From Paramicrosporidium saccamoebae KSL3 (taxonomy: Eukaryota; Fungi; Cryptomycota), in the NCBI GenBank assembly GCA_002794465.1, contig MTSL01000063.1, positions 12,096-44,095 of the forward strand: a DNA stretch of 32,000 bases. Reading direction: 5' to 3'. Numbering within the stretch: the stretch's first letter is position 1; each line of letters starts with the position of its first letter. Shown here in pieces: positions 6,614-18,396 of this stretch. Both the position numbers and the translations under genes were made by a program. A model generated the notes under the pieces. The model was not told the origin of the DNA, made no database searches, and saw only the letters and a list, made by a program, of their open reading frames with translations.

Positions 6614-9600
6614 ATGTCTCAGCCCTCAAAAAGGCAGCCTGCTCTTGTGGCCAGTAAATTTGAGCAAGAGCTAGTCAGGCTGCATCAAGAAACCTCCCAC
6701 AGTAGCATCCAGTACCATGCATCCTTATTCACAGATTTTGACCGGCAGTCATGGTCTCGCCCATCCGCCGCTCCCATTTGTTCAAAAACGGAGAGTTTTG
6801 GTGATTCTTCTTGTAGATACATTAATCGTGCGATAGTATTTCAGCAAATTGACATTGAACATTGTCAAGGGCCTCAACACTTTTTACTCAATGAACGAGG
6901 AATCCAGTCCAACTCTCTACCTGTAATGCGACTCTTTGGAACCACCCAAGTATGTTAATCATCCGAAGCATCTTGACACTACATTAGGGGCAGAATAGTG
7001 TTTTATGCCATGTACATGGATTCTTGCCATATCTATACATACCATGCCCAGAGGCCTTGAGTAATCATGAAGTAGCAGAGTTTCGGGCTGCCTTGGATGT
7101 ACCAATTTCACATTGGGTGGACCTAATCATAGAAATTACTCCCTCCGGCTGCTGTTTCGGAAGTAAAGCTCCTCCAAAAGGCAAATATTTATGGCTATTC
7201 GCCCAACAAGCACCTTCCGTTTTTAAAAATCTCGGCCACATCTCCTAGCCACTTGAATGCTGTTAAAAAGTTTGTCGAGAGCGGAATTGCTTTTTCCAGA
7301 TTTCCTCTACGATCATACCCGACATTTGAGAGCAACATGCCCATTGTGTTGCGGTTCATGGTCGATGCGAAATTGACCGGTATGAATTGGGTTGAGCTTC
7401 CAAAAGAAACGTTTGTCCTTCGCAAAGACTACGAGAAGGTGTCTACGTGTCAGTATGAAGTTGATATTCTGTACCGTCATAGCCGATTTCTAATCGTGTA
7501 GCATGGACGACCTGATCAGCCACGCGCCTGAAGGAGATTGGGCATCCCTTGCGCCCCTTCGTATCTTGAGTTTTGACATTGAGTGTGCTGGAAGAAAGGG
7601 TATTTTTCCAGAAGCCAGTCAAGATCCTATTATCCAAATTGCTTCCGTTGTGACCATCCAGGGAGAGGCACAGCCTTGCACTAGGGCCGTATTTTCATTC
7701 AAGCCTTGTGCTCCGATTGTGGGTGCTGAGGTCATGAGCTATGATCGAGAAGAGGATATGATGATGGGCTGGGTTGATTTTTTCCAAAGGGTACGGCGAT
7801 TATCTCAGTTACATCTATAGGTGGATCCTGACATTGTTATCGGTTACAATATCTGTAATTTTGACTTTGGCTATATTCTGGACCGGGCTCAAACACTGAA
7901 GCTTTCGAAATTCTCATTCCTCGGGCGATTAATAGGTTTTTCGCGGATCTGTGTGACTCTAATGCTATAGACACGCCCACCAAAGGCTCAGACACATTTT
8001 TTTCATCAAAGGCCTATGGAACTCGCGAGAGCAAGACTTACAATCTTGATGGGCGTCTTGTATTTGATATTCTACAGGTAATGCAAAGGGACTATAAGCT
8101 TCGTTCTTACTCTTTGAATTCTGTGTGTGCCCACTTTTTGGGAGAGCAAAAGGAAGATGTGCCCCACAACATTATTACCGATCTATTTAACGGAAATGAT
8201 GAAACTCGAAGACGTCTAGCCGTGTATTGTCTCAAGGATGCCTACCTGCCACAGAGACTTGTAAATAAGCTTATGTGCATTGTTAACTACACTGAAATGG
8301 CAAGAGTAACAGGAATTCCATTCAATTATATTTTGTCCAGAGGCCAGCAAGTCAAGGTGGTGTCTCAGTTATATCGAAAAGCCGCCGAAGAAGGGTATGT
8401 CATTCCTGCTTTAAGGACTGAGGTAGCAGAAGAACAGTATGAAGGTGCCACAGTTATAGAGCCCATTAAAGGCTACTACGACGTTCCCATTGCTACTCTC
8501 GATTTTGCTTCACTGTATCCCTCCATCATGATGGCTCATAACTTGTGTTATACGACCCTGCTGGAGGCCTCTGCGCTTCCGGGTTTAGGATTGAGTCCAG
8601 ATGACTATATCCGGACTCCATCGGGCGATATGTTTGTAAAATCATCGCTGTGTAAGGGTATTCTTCCTATAATTCTTGAAGACTTGATCGCGGCGCGTAA
8701 AAAGGCCAAAGCCGAGCTGAAGGTGGAAAGGGATCCCTCAAAGCGTGCAATGTTGGACGGGCGTCAGTTAGCGCTCAAGATAAGTGCCAACTCTGTCTAT
8801 GGATTTACTGGGGCCACGGTTGGGAAGCTTCCTTGCATTCCTATCTCTCAGAGTGTTACTGCTTTCGGGCGAGACATGATTGAAATGACCAAAGATCTCG
8901 TCGAAAAAAAGTTTACAGTCGGCAATGGTTACAAATCTGATGCAAAAGTTATCTATGGTGACACTGATTCCGTGATGGTCAAGTTTGGTACTGATTCGCT
9001 TGAAGATGCCATGGATTTGGGCAAGGAAGCTGCTCAGTATATATCAAGCCACTTTATTAAGCCGATCAATTTGGAATTTGAAAAGTGCTACTTTCCCTAC
9101 TTGCTAATCAACAAAAAACGCTACGCTGGCTTATATTGGACAAATTTCAAGAGTTACGATAAAATGGACTCGAAGGGTATCGAAACGGTTCGTCGTGATA
9201 ATTGTCGTCTGGTTCAGACAGTCATAGACACAAGTCTACGGAAAATTCTGATCGACCGTGATGTCGAAGGAGCAAAGACCTATGTAAAACAAGTAATCTC
9301 CGATCTTTTGCAGAGCAAGATAGATCTCTCTCATTTAGTCATCACCAAGGCTTTAAGCAAGGCCGGCGAGGACTATGCTGGCAAGCAGGCACACGTTGAA
9401 CTTGCTGAACGCATGAGGAAACGCGATGCTGCGACCGCTCCCAACATGGGAGACCGTGTTGCATACGTTATTGTCAAGTCGTCAAAAGGTTTGCTCGGTA
9501 CCATATTATTGACAGAATAGGCGCAGCGGCATACGAAAAAGCCGAGGATCCGATTTATGTGCTGGAGAACAATCTTCCTATCGATACACAATACTACCTG

Positions 9601-10065
9601 GAAAACCAGCTTTCAAAGCCACTGATGAGAATTTTTGAGCCAATTTTGTCTAATCCAAAGGAACTACTGGCTGGGGACCACACTAGGTCCGTCAAAGTAT
9701 CCGCACCAGCCATGGGGGCAATGTCTAAATTTACTGTCAAACTGGAATCATGTCTTGGATGTAAAGCCACTTTGCGGAAGGATCAGTCTCTTGTCTGTGA
9801 CTATTGCCGTCCAAACCTTGCGACCATATATCTGAAACACGTAAGATGGTTTTGATTTTTAATACCATAGCTTTCCAATCTAAACGCAATGGAGGAACGC
9901 CATTCGAGGCTATGGACTCAATGTCAAAGATGCCAAGGTAGTCTTCATCAAGATGTTCTCTGCACCAGTCGCGACTGTCCCATATTTTATATGCGTAAAA
10001 AAGTACAGAAAGATGTTCAAGAAGCAACTGCATTGGATGCCAAGTTTTCATCGATTACATGGTAG
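6614..10065 (+). CDS. POL3: DNA polymerase delta catalytic subunit, 9 exons
   Basis: Exonuclease motifs SFDIEC and GYNICNFD, polymerase motifs [22 protein letters not shown] and YGDTDS, and C-terminal Cys clusters (CLGC...CDYC; CQRC...CTSRDC). Introns at 6801-6836, 6950-6987, 7099-7132, 7471-7501, 7791-7820, 7936-7970, 9489-9520 and 9841-9870. Confidence 0.97.
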
Positions 10066-10249
10066 TATATATTTAGCGAATAAATTATCCTACTACAAGT
10101 GTCGTGTAGTGGAAGATAGGCGCGAGTCAAGTCTATGCCTTGTTGTTGCATAGAGGGACTGGCTATTTTGTAAGCTGTTCAGTCTGATATGAATGTTGGA
10201 AATTGCACCTCTCCTCTTACTCGCTGCCAACTTTACCATCCATAAGCAT

Positions 10250-12720
10250 CTATGACGCGGAAGTGATCAACTTTACCGTGTCAGATAACAAGGCCAGAAA
10301 TTCAGTTGACCACCCCTTTCCTTCCACCAGCTTTAATTCGGTGACAAGACACGATCGTTGGCGATTGCTAAGCCCTTGGTTGTATATTTTTCTGGCAGTT
10401 TTGATTGAGTAGACGAGCTCTTTCTCGACTGAAATCTCTCTGAAACACTAGACATTAAGCCGGAGTTGTCGCAGTACCATGAGAAGGATCGGTTGTAGCT
10501 TCTCAGAAAGGACTGGCAGGTTTTCCGCAGGGCAAAAGGTTGCGAGTCTACATATAAGAATTAACACCTGATCATATTACGAAAGCATGAGATTTCCGAA
10601 AACGGTAGGATCCTTGATCTTGCTAGCGTACATGGCCCGCAAAATACTCAAATCTCTGCTCAACAGAAATTCTAGGACAGCTTTTTGATGTTTTTCCTCA
10701 TGCAACAAGTTGCAGAGCAGTCGACCTGATGTGAGCAGAGAGTTGGCATTGCCTTCGGCACGATGGATACTAGTTAAGATTGAAGGTATATCCAACAGAT
10801 TTTCCTGCTGTAATAAAACTAATCTAACAATGTCAAACACTAGCAAAGATTGTTAGGCAATTTGGGATACACATACGTGGAAATAGATGTTCGGGAGACC
10901 AGCGTTCTAGGCAGTGTTCGATCCAACCTTTTGTCTCGCCGCTAATCTTGGAACCCGTTAAAACATTTTCAAGCTCCGTCGGTATTTTCGCGACATCATC
11001 TTCCTGTGGAGCAAACTCTCCCACTTTTCGCTGTATCCCAGCAATGTTTGCATCGCGGTAGTAGGTGACACTATCAGCGGGAGAAAGCTTATTGCCTTTC
11101 TTGTGCTGAATTGCGTATGGATTAAATAATTCAGGGGCGTGACTCTCGAGTGTCTTGGTGGACGTATTTTGTAGTACAAATTCCACAACCTGATCAACGA
11201 GATCCGGACGCAGGTCATTATCAGCGAGAAACTTTGAGGCAGCTGTATAAGGATTGTCTACATATCATTACACTCGCTCGATTGGTAACCTCCATTATTA
11301 TAAGGCAGCTTGTAAGATCCGCCCGATTCAAGTTCTACGTCAAACACATAGTCATATTCACGATCCATATAAGCCGTCTTTTTGGACGAGGCCGCTCCTT
11401 CAACTACCTCTCCAATCTTGTCCCACTTGTGGCCATCCCACTAGAAATTCAGCATGTGTGGACTGTTAGAGTACCTGATGTACTTCCTGGATGTCGTTGT
11501 TTTTAACAATGACAGACTGTCCCGCTTGCTTACCTACAGGTGAATTTTAGACCTTCATTTATCCAATATACCAGGACCAGACAGGATATCAGAGTTCGAG
11601 CAAGCCGATCCTGAGATGATTTCTTTACTCATTTGCATAGTCTTCAGACGCTGCTGGAATGAAGACAGCATCGTTGGATCGGGTGACAAATTTTCCTGTG
11701 GCGAGAACACATAAATCCGACCATCTGAAGAGCCGCAAACAATGTTTCCCGTAGGCGTAATGCACAGTGACCAAATCGACAGAGCTGGAATTGAGATTGA
11801 CTGGACACAGTGGATATCATCGCCCGATAAGCGCCAAATTTTAATTGTTCGATCTTCTCCGGCAGTAAAAATGTGTCCACGGAATACTTTCACAGTATAT
11901 ATAAAAGAGTCGTGCGCCTGAATCGTGCGAGTGCAATCTCCGTCTAGATTCCATACTTTGATAAATCTAACAATTATAATCTGCGTAGTGCTATACCCGT
12001 CATTCCCAACTGACACAAAGTCGCCCAATGTTGCAAGAGAGTCGTCGGCCATGGCTACTGATCTGACAACATCTTGATGGCCGCTAAACTGCTTCAAACA
12101 CTTTCCATTTTTCCAAAGACGCAAGGTTTTGTCAGCCGAAGCTAAAGTTCAAAGATGATCTGAATAAAAATCTACCAGTAAGCGTTACGCCATCTGAGAC
12201 AAAGCAGCTGTCCCAGACAGCCTGTGAATGTCCTTCCATGCTTACTGCCATGTTGAGTCCATCCCATATACGTGCGGTGTTATCCCAGGAGCACGAGACT
12301 AAAAGCTCGGATTCTGAGAATTCCAAGTGGCAAACGTTTGCCGCATGTCCGATTAATGTTCCCACAAGCTGCTGAAGTTGAACATCAAAAATATAAATAA
12401 TCCCATCAGTTCCACCGCTAGCCACCAGAAGCTGTCCTTCGTCATTTAATTTCTGCACGATGCTAACAGAGTTAACAAATCCCCCGTGCTCTCGATGCTC
12501 AAAACATTTTTCCATGATACAATTGTCAGTCAATTTCCAAACCCTCACACATCCATCTCGAGAAGCAGATGCTACAAACGTGCTTTCTTGAAAGACACCA
12601 CACGCAACACTTTTCACCTAAAACAAAAGTAAGCCTATAAAATCTGTTTACATCTGCATCATGGGCAGCTGTGTCGCATATTAGTCGGTACATGTTTGAG
12701 CCAGGATGTGATTCGGGCAT
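10250..12720 (-). CDS. DOA1: DOA1/UFD3 (PLAA) WD40-PFU-PUL ubiquitin/Cdc48 cofactor, multi-exon
   Basis: N-terminal YRLICDTAAHDADVKSV...ASASRDG, WD repeats (SCSWDNTARIW, GEDRTIKIW), PFU domain (EYDYVFDVE...YKLPYN...NPYTAASKFL) and a PUL-like helical C-terminus. Joined through about 30-38 nt introns, e.g. 12618-12651 and 12142-12175. The start could be 12693 and the last exons are less certain. Confidence 0.88.
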
Positions 12721-12848
12721 CTGCTCGATTTTAGTGCTACCGGGTATAGGTCTAAATAAGTTTTATTTAAAATGTTATTCTCAAAGCCCGGGTAGCCGAC
12801 CATTAAACTCCTTGCGCCGTTTAAGACGTTTCGTCTAAATAGATAACC

Positions 12849-14148
12849 ATGGATCCGGCTGAAGATATGTGCGCGTTTTTAATTCCCAACAAAAACCGTT
12901 TCTGTAAATTACGCACAAAGATAGGCAAAAAATATTGCGGGGAGCACGGTTATCTAGAAAATGATGCGTCGTCTTGCCACCGAATCCCATGTCCGTATGA
13001 CAAGAAACAGTAAGATTCTAGTTCACACATGACTATGTAGCACGGTTGACTCGAGAAATATGGATGCACATCTTCGTCGTTGCAACGGGAAGCCTAAACC
13101 GACAGCCGACTATGTTTGCCTGGACACAAACATCACAGCGTGTCCGGCAGCTCCTGCAAACGCACCTGATAAAACGTTCGATGAAATTTATGCTATTTTT
13201 TGCAAAGAGAATCGTTCCGTGTCGACTAACTCAAGCGCTCCCGTGCATCAACAGGTTCACGAAATGAAAATCAGCGACACTGTGAAACACAAGATCCAGA
13301 ATGTACCCCGTTGAGATTTCGTACTTATGAACAGGAAAATCTCTGTGGCATGATTCGATCAAATATCTCTAATGACAGGCCAAATACATATCTGGTCGAG
13401 CTTGGTGCTGGAAAAGGTACTAGGCTAAGATTAGCTATGCTAATTTACCAGGAGGGCTGTCACTCGCTATTGCTCCGGAAGTGGCATCGCTGAAACTCCC
13501 GGGGAGCAAAATAGTTCTCGTCGATCGCCAAAATTCTAGACGTAAAGATGACATGTATTTGAGAAACTTGAATTTTGAATTTTCGAGGATTTTTGCAGAT
13601 CTGAAGGATATTAACTTACACTTACTGCTTCCATCCAGTGTCGAACGGGTCATTTTTACTGGAAAGCATCTTTGTGGGGCCGCAACTTGCATGTCACTGC
13701 GAGCGATCGCTAGCCTGAGTAGCCAGAGACCACAATTGTTTATTTATTGGCCGTTATCTCATTAATAGGGAAGTATTAGTTACAATTGCGACCTGTTGTC
13801 ACCAGCTATGCAGCTGGGATGCTTTTTGTGGTCAGAGTCAAAATGTCTGCACAATTCCGCAGCTTGAAAGATCCGATTTTATGAGGATTTGTAAGGCGAG
13901 CAGCTGGGGAGTATGCAAAAACAGGCTTCCGTATATTGGATTACTGCTTGACTAAGTTTTATAGACAGATGCCTCAAACCCGCGTGAATCCAGAAGAATT
14001 TGGGCAAGCGGCAAAGCAATTTATAGACACTATGCGTCTCCGATTTCTTGAAGGTTTTTCGTTTGAAACACAATACGTAGAATATGTCAGTGACTCCATT
14101 TCCCCTGAAAATAGATGTATCATTGCCAAGAAAAATTGGAATTTATGA
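12849..14148 (+). CDS. TRM13: tRNA:m4X modification enzyme Trm13, multi-exon
   Basis: CAFLIPNKNRFC...YCGEH and RIPCPYD..H...HLRRC zinc motifs, VELGAGKG, KHLCGAAT, TCCHQLC and C-terminal SPENRCIIA. Confidence 0.9.
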
Positions 14149-14308
14149 TTACGATAGACAACAAGAGCTATTCGAATAATTTATGCACTTGCACAATTTG
14201 AATTTGATCATAAAATAGCATTTTGTGCGAATGGATCCATGTCATGGGTATTTGTAGTTCGCGCCGTTTGCTAGTCATAAGTATCGCGTAGTAGTAAATG
14301 TACATAAT

Positions 14309-15067
14309 TTATTTGTGCTGATCTTTCAGATATTCGCTGTAGGCCTTGTGCAATGCCATACAGAGATGCTGGTCTTTCTAAAAATTAATATTGCTTGTTG
14401 GTCCTACACTGAGTGCACTGCTCACAATCCGAGGCATTTCATGAAACGAAGCAACAGATCCTTTCATCAGCTTGATTTGCTCGAACAGGCGTTTTAGTGA
14501 AAATTCTACAGGCTTGGTAGTGCTCACTGTCTTCCTATTTATGGCGTCTTGAAGATGGGTTGAGATTAACCGAGCGGTGGAAAAATCAACGGGGCTTTCG
14601 TCTTTTAAAATGCGATCCAAGACAGAGGTGAACTTGCCCATTTCGTCTGCTGAAAAGAACCAGAGTCCATAGACAACTCCTAAAAAAATTTAGCGTCTTT
14701 TTGCAGACAAACCGGTGTGCCCTGAGAACATTAAAAATTCATTCTCTACTTGAACGTTGTCAACATCGCTAAGGGACTGGACAAAGTTGTCGGTTTTTTG
14801 CCGATTGAGAATTAGGAAGCTGTAGCCCGTGGTGCTAAATGTAAATTAGGATACTTTAAGAGATGTGTCTTACTTTTGGTAAAGAAACACTGTTCCTTCG
14901 ATTCCTGCTCGCTCCTACAGTCATAAAGTTGAAGTTTCGAACAAACTTACCCAAGATTCATTCTGGAACGTGTACAATACAACATGACGCCCGGTGAAAA
15001 TAATTGCCGAGGCTGTAGGATCTAGCCTTTGCACTATTCTTAAATTTAACGAGTTGGGGTGCGACAT
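14309..15067 (-). CDS. DCP1: mRNA decapping enzyme subunit DCP1 (EVH1 domain), 5 exons
   Basis: Removing introns 14915-14950, 14835-14873, 14680-14712 and 14378-14407 gives LNLRIVQRLDP...VVLYTF...W...EGTVFLY...FLILNR...N...VYGLWF, the DCP1 EVH1 pattern. The last exon is less certain. Confidence 0.88.
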
Positions 15068-15329
15068 GGACAGCCTGTCTAAATAGAATTACTTATAATG
15101 CTTTAAGTAAGCCTTTGTAGACTGAAAATTTTTGCCCACGGCATTGATATATTATCATTCTGAGTAGCTTACTTGAACAAGTCATTCTACATTTGTGCAC
15201 AGTGTAGCACAGCAAATAGCGTAGATACGATCATGCACACCTTTTCATAAATACATTACTGATCCCAGGACCACGCCACACACATAGAGGATCGTTGGGT
15301 TTGGACAACTAGATTACTGATCAGCACAT

Positions 15330-16707
15330 TTATCCATGTGATATGTGCCATTTTACTAGCTTTATGCAAGTTAGTGCGTCCTGCGTACTATCATGGCCAT
15401 TAGATCCTTCTTGGATGAATTCCAATAAATGCAGACGTGACAAGTCGCGAAGGCTATATTTCCCTTGATCAATGTTTTTAGGAAATAGCAATGCCGTGTC
15501 AATGCAATTCAAAGCAATTATCTATAGATAGGTGAAAAACAGGAAACCGAACCTTTAAGGAAGCGAGATCATTTTCCAGGGAATGTCCAATTAAGATTGT
15601 TTTTGGTCCGATAATCTTTGGAAGGACAATATTGCGAAGATTGTGAAACGTTGAAATATTATCATTTAGAACATCATGGAAGGACTGAGCAGTAATCCCG
15701 CTGTAGCGTGAATTGTAATCTACTACGGGCGCCTCTGGACAAACGAGAATATCTAACACTAGGGTCTCATCCCATGAGACAATGGAAATACGGGCAATCT
15801 CAGTTCCTGCCGTCGTGTAAATCATTTCAGCATCAAGGGCAACTATTGGTTTCTGGCTTGGAAGTTCTTTCCATTCGTCTATTCTAATAAAGTCTGATGG
15901 TGCCGATGAATTTCTGTATACATGCTTATTAGCAACCTGGCAAGGCGCTTCTCCAATGGGGCGATGACAACACGAATAAAGACGCGAGGTGCCTTGTCTT
16001 ATCTTTCCACGCAAATGGTGGTGGCAATCTTCTAGCTGCCCGTGCTCGCTGTAATAGGATTTGGGATCAAAAGGCTTCGAGCATCTGTCACATATGACTT
16101 TTGCGGGCTCTTGAAGTCTATCGGACTGGCTGCTTGTTTCCTGAACGATGTAGCCATTTTTTCCCAATGTCTCAGGACTATGCACAAGCTGCTGGAGAAT
16201 AGGCAGGGGAGTTGCATCCTCGGCGCCGGAGGGAGCTACATTTTCAACATGTTTTACGGAGGATCGGAGAGTCTTGACTGTGGATATTAATAGGGAGGCG
16301 TATACTTGGCGTGATGCTGCCTTGTTATATATTTCAAGTTCAACAGTAAGGGCTCTCTGTGCTCTCTCATTCGACTCTGCACTCAAAGCATCAAAGATTT
16401 TATCAAGAGCCATTTGCCGAGTCTTCCAAGGAAATTTACATCTGGGATTGAGAGCTAGAATGGGCCGATCACAGGTTTCTTTGGTGTCTTTGGTACTAGT
16501 CTCTGCATATGTGGCGAGTGGTCGTTGAGAGTCCTTCTCAGGTTTGGTTTTGATTAGGGAGTGCAGCGAAGGCACTTGATTATCGCTGTTTGTACGAATG
16601 TTATGGGAAAACAGACAAATGTCTGGTCCAAATGGGCAAAGCTCAGCCGGGCACTTCAAGTCTCGGAATTCGACACTTCCGGGGAACATTGAAGGGCCCT
16701 TGCTCAT
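15330..16707 (-). CDS. DEDDh RNA exonuclease (REXO1/Rex3-like), 2 exons
   Basis: N-terminal CP..CP..ICLFSH, Cys/His region (CDRC...CHHH...CCH...C...HV), ALDAEM, GHSLENDL, then after intron 15522-15552 IDTALLFP and GHDSTQDA. Confidence 0.88.
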
Positions 16708-16763
16708 AAAGGTAGAAAAGTTGTAGTACGAGAGTATATTTATTCAGCAGAGGTGTATCAGTC

Positions 16764-17411
16764 TTACTTCTTCTCCTTCACTTCCATAGCCTCGGCCTTC
16801 TCGGCGGCAACCTTAGCACGGATTCCGTGGTAGCGTTGCATACCCCAGGCCTTGCGAAGAGTGCTGTAGGCCGCGGTCTGCTTATCTTTTTCAGTGATCT
16901 TGCGAGCAGGCTCAACAGTCTTGTTGTTGGCGATGGGCATGACCTTGCTGAGGCAAACCTGAGTAGCCTCAGAAGCCTGGGATGAAGACTTTTTGGGGAA
17001 GACGACCAGACGGTCGATGTATGCCAACAGACGCTGCTTGTTCAGCTCCAAAGATTCCTCGCACTTGTTGCGACGGCGATGGTCGACCGAAACACCCACG
17101 GAGCGAGCATAAGCACGAGTAAGTCCAGCAGCCTATATTGGGATTAGAATCGGCTGGGTCAATGTTGGCCATACCTTAATCTCCTCAAGAGTGAATCCAC
17201 GACCAGCACGAAGGCGGGTGTTGTACTTTACCGTAGGGCAGTGTACAGCAGGACGAAGGAGCTCGGTGGGGCGGGGAGCCACACGTCTGGCCTTCTCGAC
17301 ACGAGTAGAGCGTCTTCGCTTCTTGCGTCCGGCCTGATCAAACCAGGTCTTGACACGCTCAGCCCAATGCTTGCGGAAATGGCCATTCGGCAAAACGTTG
17401 TTGTGTTTCAT
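16764..17411 (-). CDS. RPL13: 60S ribosomal protein eL13, coding intron 17133-17174
   Basis: NGHFRKHW...[34 protein letters not shown]. Confidence 0.97.
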
Positions 17412-17421
17412 TCTATCGGCT

Positions 17422-17460
17422 CTAAAGGATGGATGAGATGGATCAGGGTGAGTTCCTTAC
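17422..17460 (-). other. Predicted 5' UTR intron of RPL13 (39 nt)
   Basis: AAG|GTAAGG...CCTTTAG|AG ends 10 nt before the ATG and contains ATCCATCTCATCCATC. Confidence 0.6.
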
Positions 17461-17513
17461 CTTGGGACTCAAGTAACCTTTGCCGGACCCCTGGACACCC
17501 TCGATTCGAGAAG

Positions 17514-17548
17514 GTAGGACAAGCCTTTGTCATCCATCCATCTAACAG
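17514..17548 (+). other. Predicted 5' UTR intron of RPS16 (35 nt)
   Basis: AAG|GTAGGA...TCTAACAG|AG with branch point CTAAC. It ends 14 nt before the ATG and contains CATCCATCCATC. Confidence 0.65.
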
Positions 17549-17562
17549 AGTTTAGCAGCACA

Positions 17563-18021
17563 ATGCAAGCTGTACAAACTTTCGGAAAGAAGGTATACAG
17601 GCCGTCCTTGTCGGATTAATATATGTAGAAAACCGCAACTGCCGTTGCTCATTGCAAGGCTGGAAATGGTATGGTCCGCGTCAACGGTGTCCCTCTTGAG
17701 CTCGTTCAGCCCGAGACTCTTCGCTTGAAGGTCTTTGAGCCCATCCTCATCCTCGGAAAGGAGCGTTTTGCTAACTTGGATGTCCGTATCCGTGTCAACG
17801 GTGGAGGACACACCAGCCAAATCTATGCCATCCGCCAGGCCCTCGCCAAGGCTATTGTCGCATATCACCAAAAGTTTGTCGACGAAGCTTCCAAGCAGGA
17901 GATTCGCAACGTTTTGATCAACTATGATCGTTCCCTCCTTGTCGCTGATCCCCGCCGCTGCGAACCCAAGAAGTTTGGCGGTCCTGGTGCTCGCGCTCGT
18001 TACCAGAAGTCTTACCGTTAA
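17563..18021 (+). CDS. RPS16: 40S ribosomal protein uS9 (S16), intron 17593-17628
   Basis: [20 protein letters not shown]...[14 protein letters not shown]...[24 protein letters not shown] at 18055-18060. Confidence 0.97.
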
Positions 18022-18078
18022 TGGTTTGGATTTGGTCCGTTCTACAGCATTCTTAATAAAGCAGATATTTACATATAG

Positions 18079-18366
18079 ATGCATGTCGCTGGTATGTATC
18101 CCCTGTGGTAATGAGCTCAGGCCACGGAGTTTACACTCGCCGAGGACGCTGCTTCTCCTACTGGCAAGACTACATTCAATGCAAGGAAAACAGTGTTTAT
18201 CCCACTGAGGAATGCCGACTGGCTGTGGAGGACTACCTGGAATGCCTTCATCATCGCAAAGAGGTAGCAAGCTCTTTCTAATTGCGCTAACAATTGTCTA
18301 TAGAAAGAACGACTGATTCGCATTATTGAGGAATTGCGCCGAAACCGTAGTACTTCAGATTCTTGA
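18079..18366 (+). CDS. NDUFS5: NADH:ubiquinone oxidoreductase accessory subunit NDUFS5/NIPM, 72 aa, 3 exons
   Basis: Removing introns 18092-18120 and 18264-18303 gives MHVAGHGVYTRRGRCFSYWQDYIQC...CRLAVEDYLECLHHRKEKERL. It has a twin CX9C motif plus the RCF..WQ and EDY.ECLHHRKE signatures. Confidence 0.88.
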
Positions 18367-18396
18367 TTCAGAAACCGATAGTTCGTTTATAAATGT

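Noticed and set aside
17542-18270. 242-aa minus-strand ORF, and similarly the 27188-27712 plus-strand ORF
   Set aside because: Antisense shadows of the codon-biased RPS16/NDUFS5 and RPS12 genes, with no homology signal.
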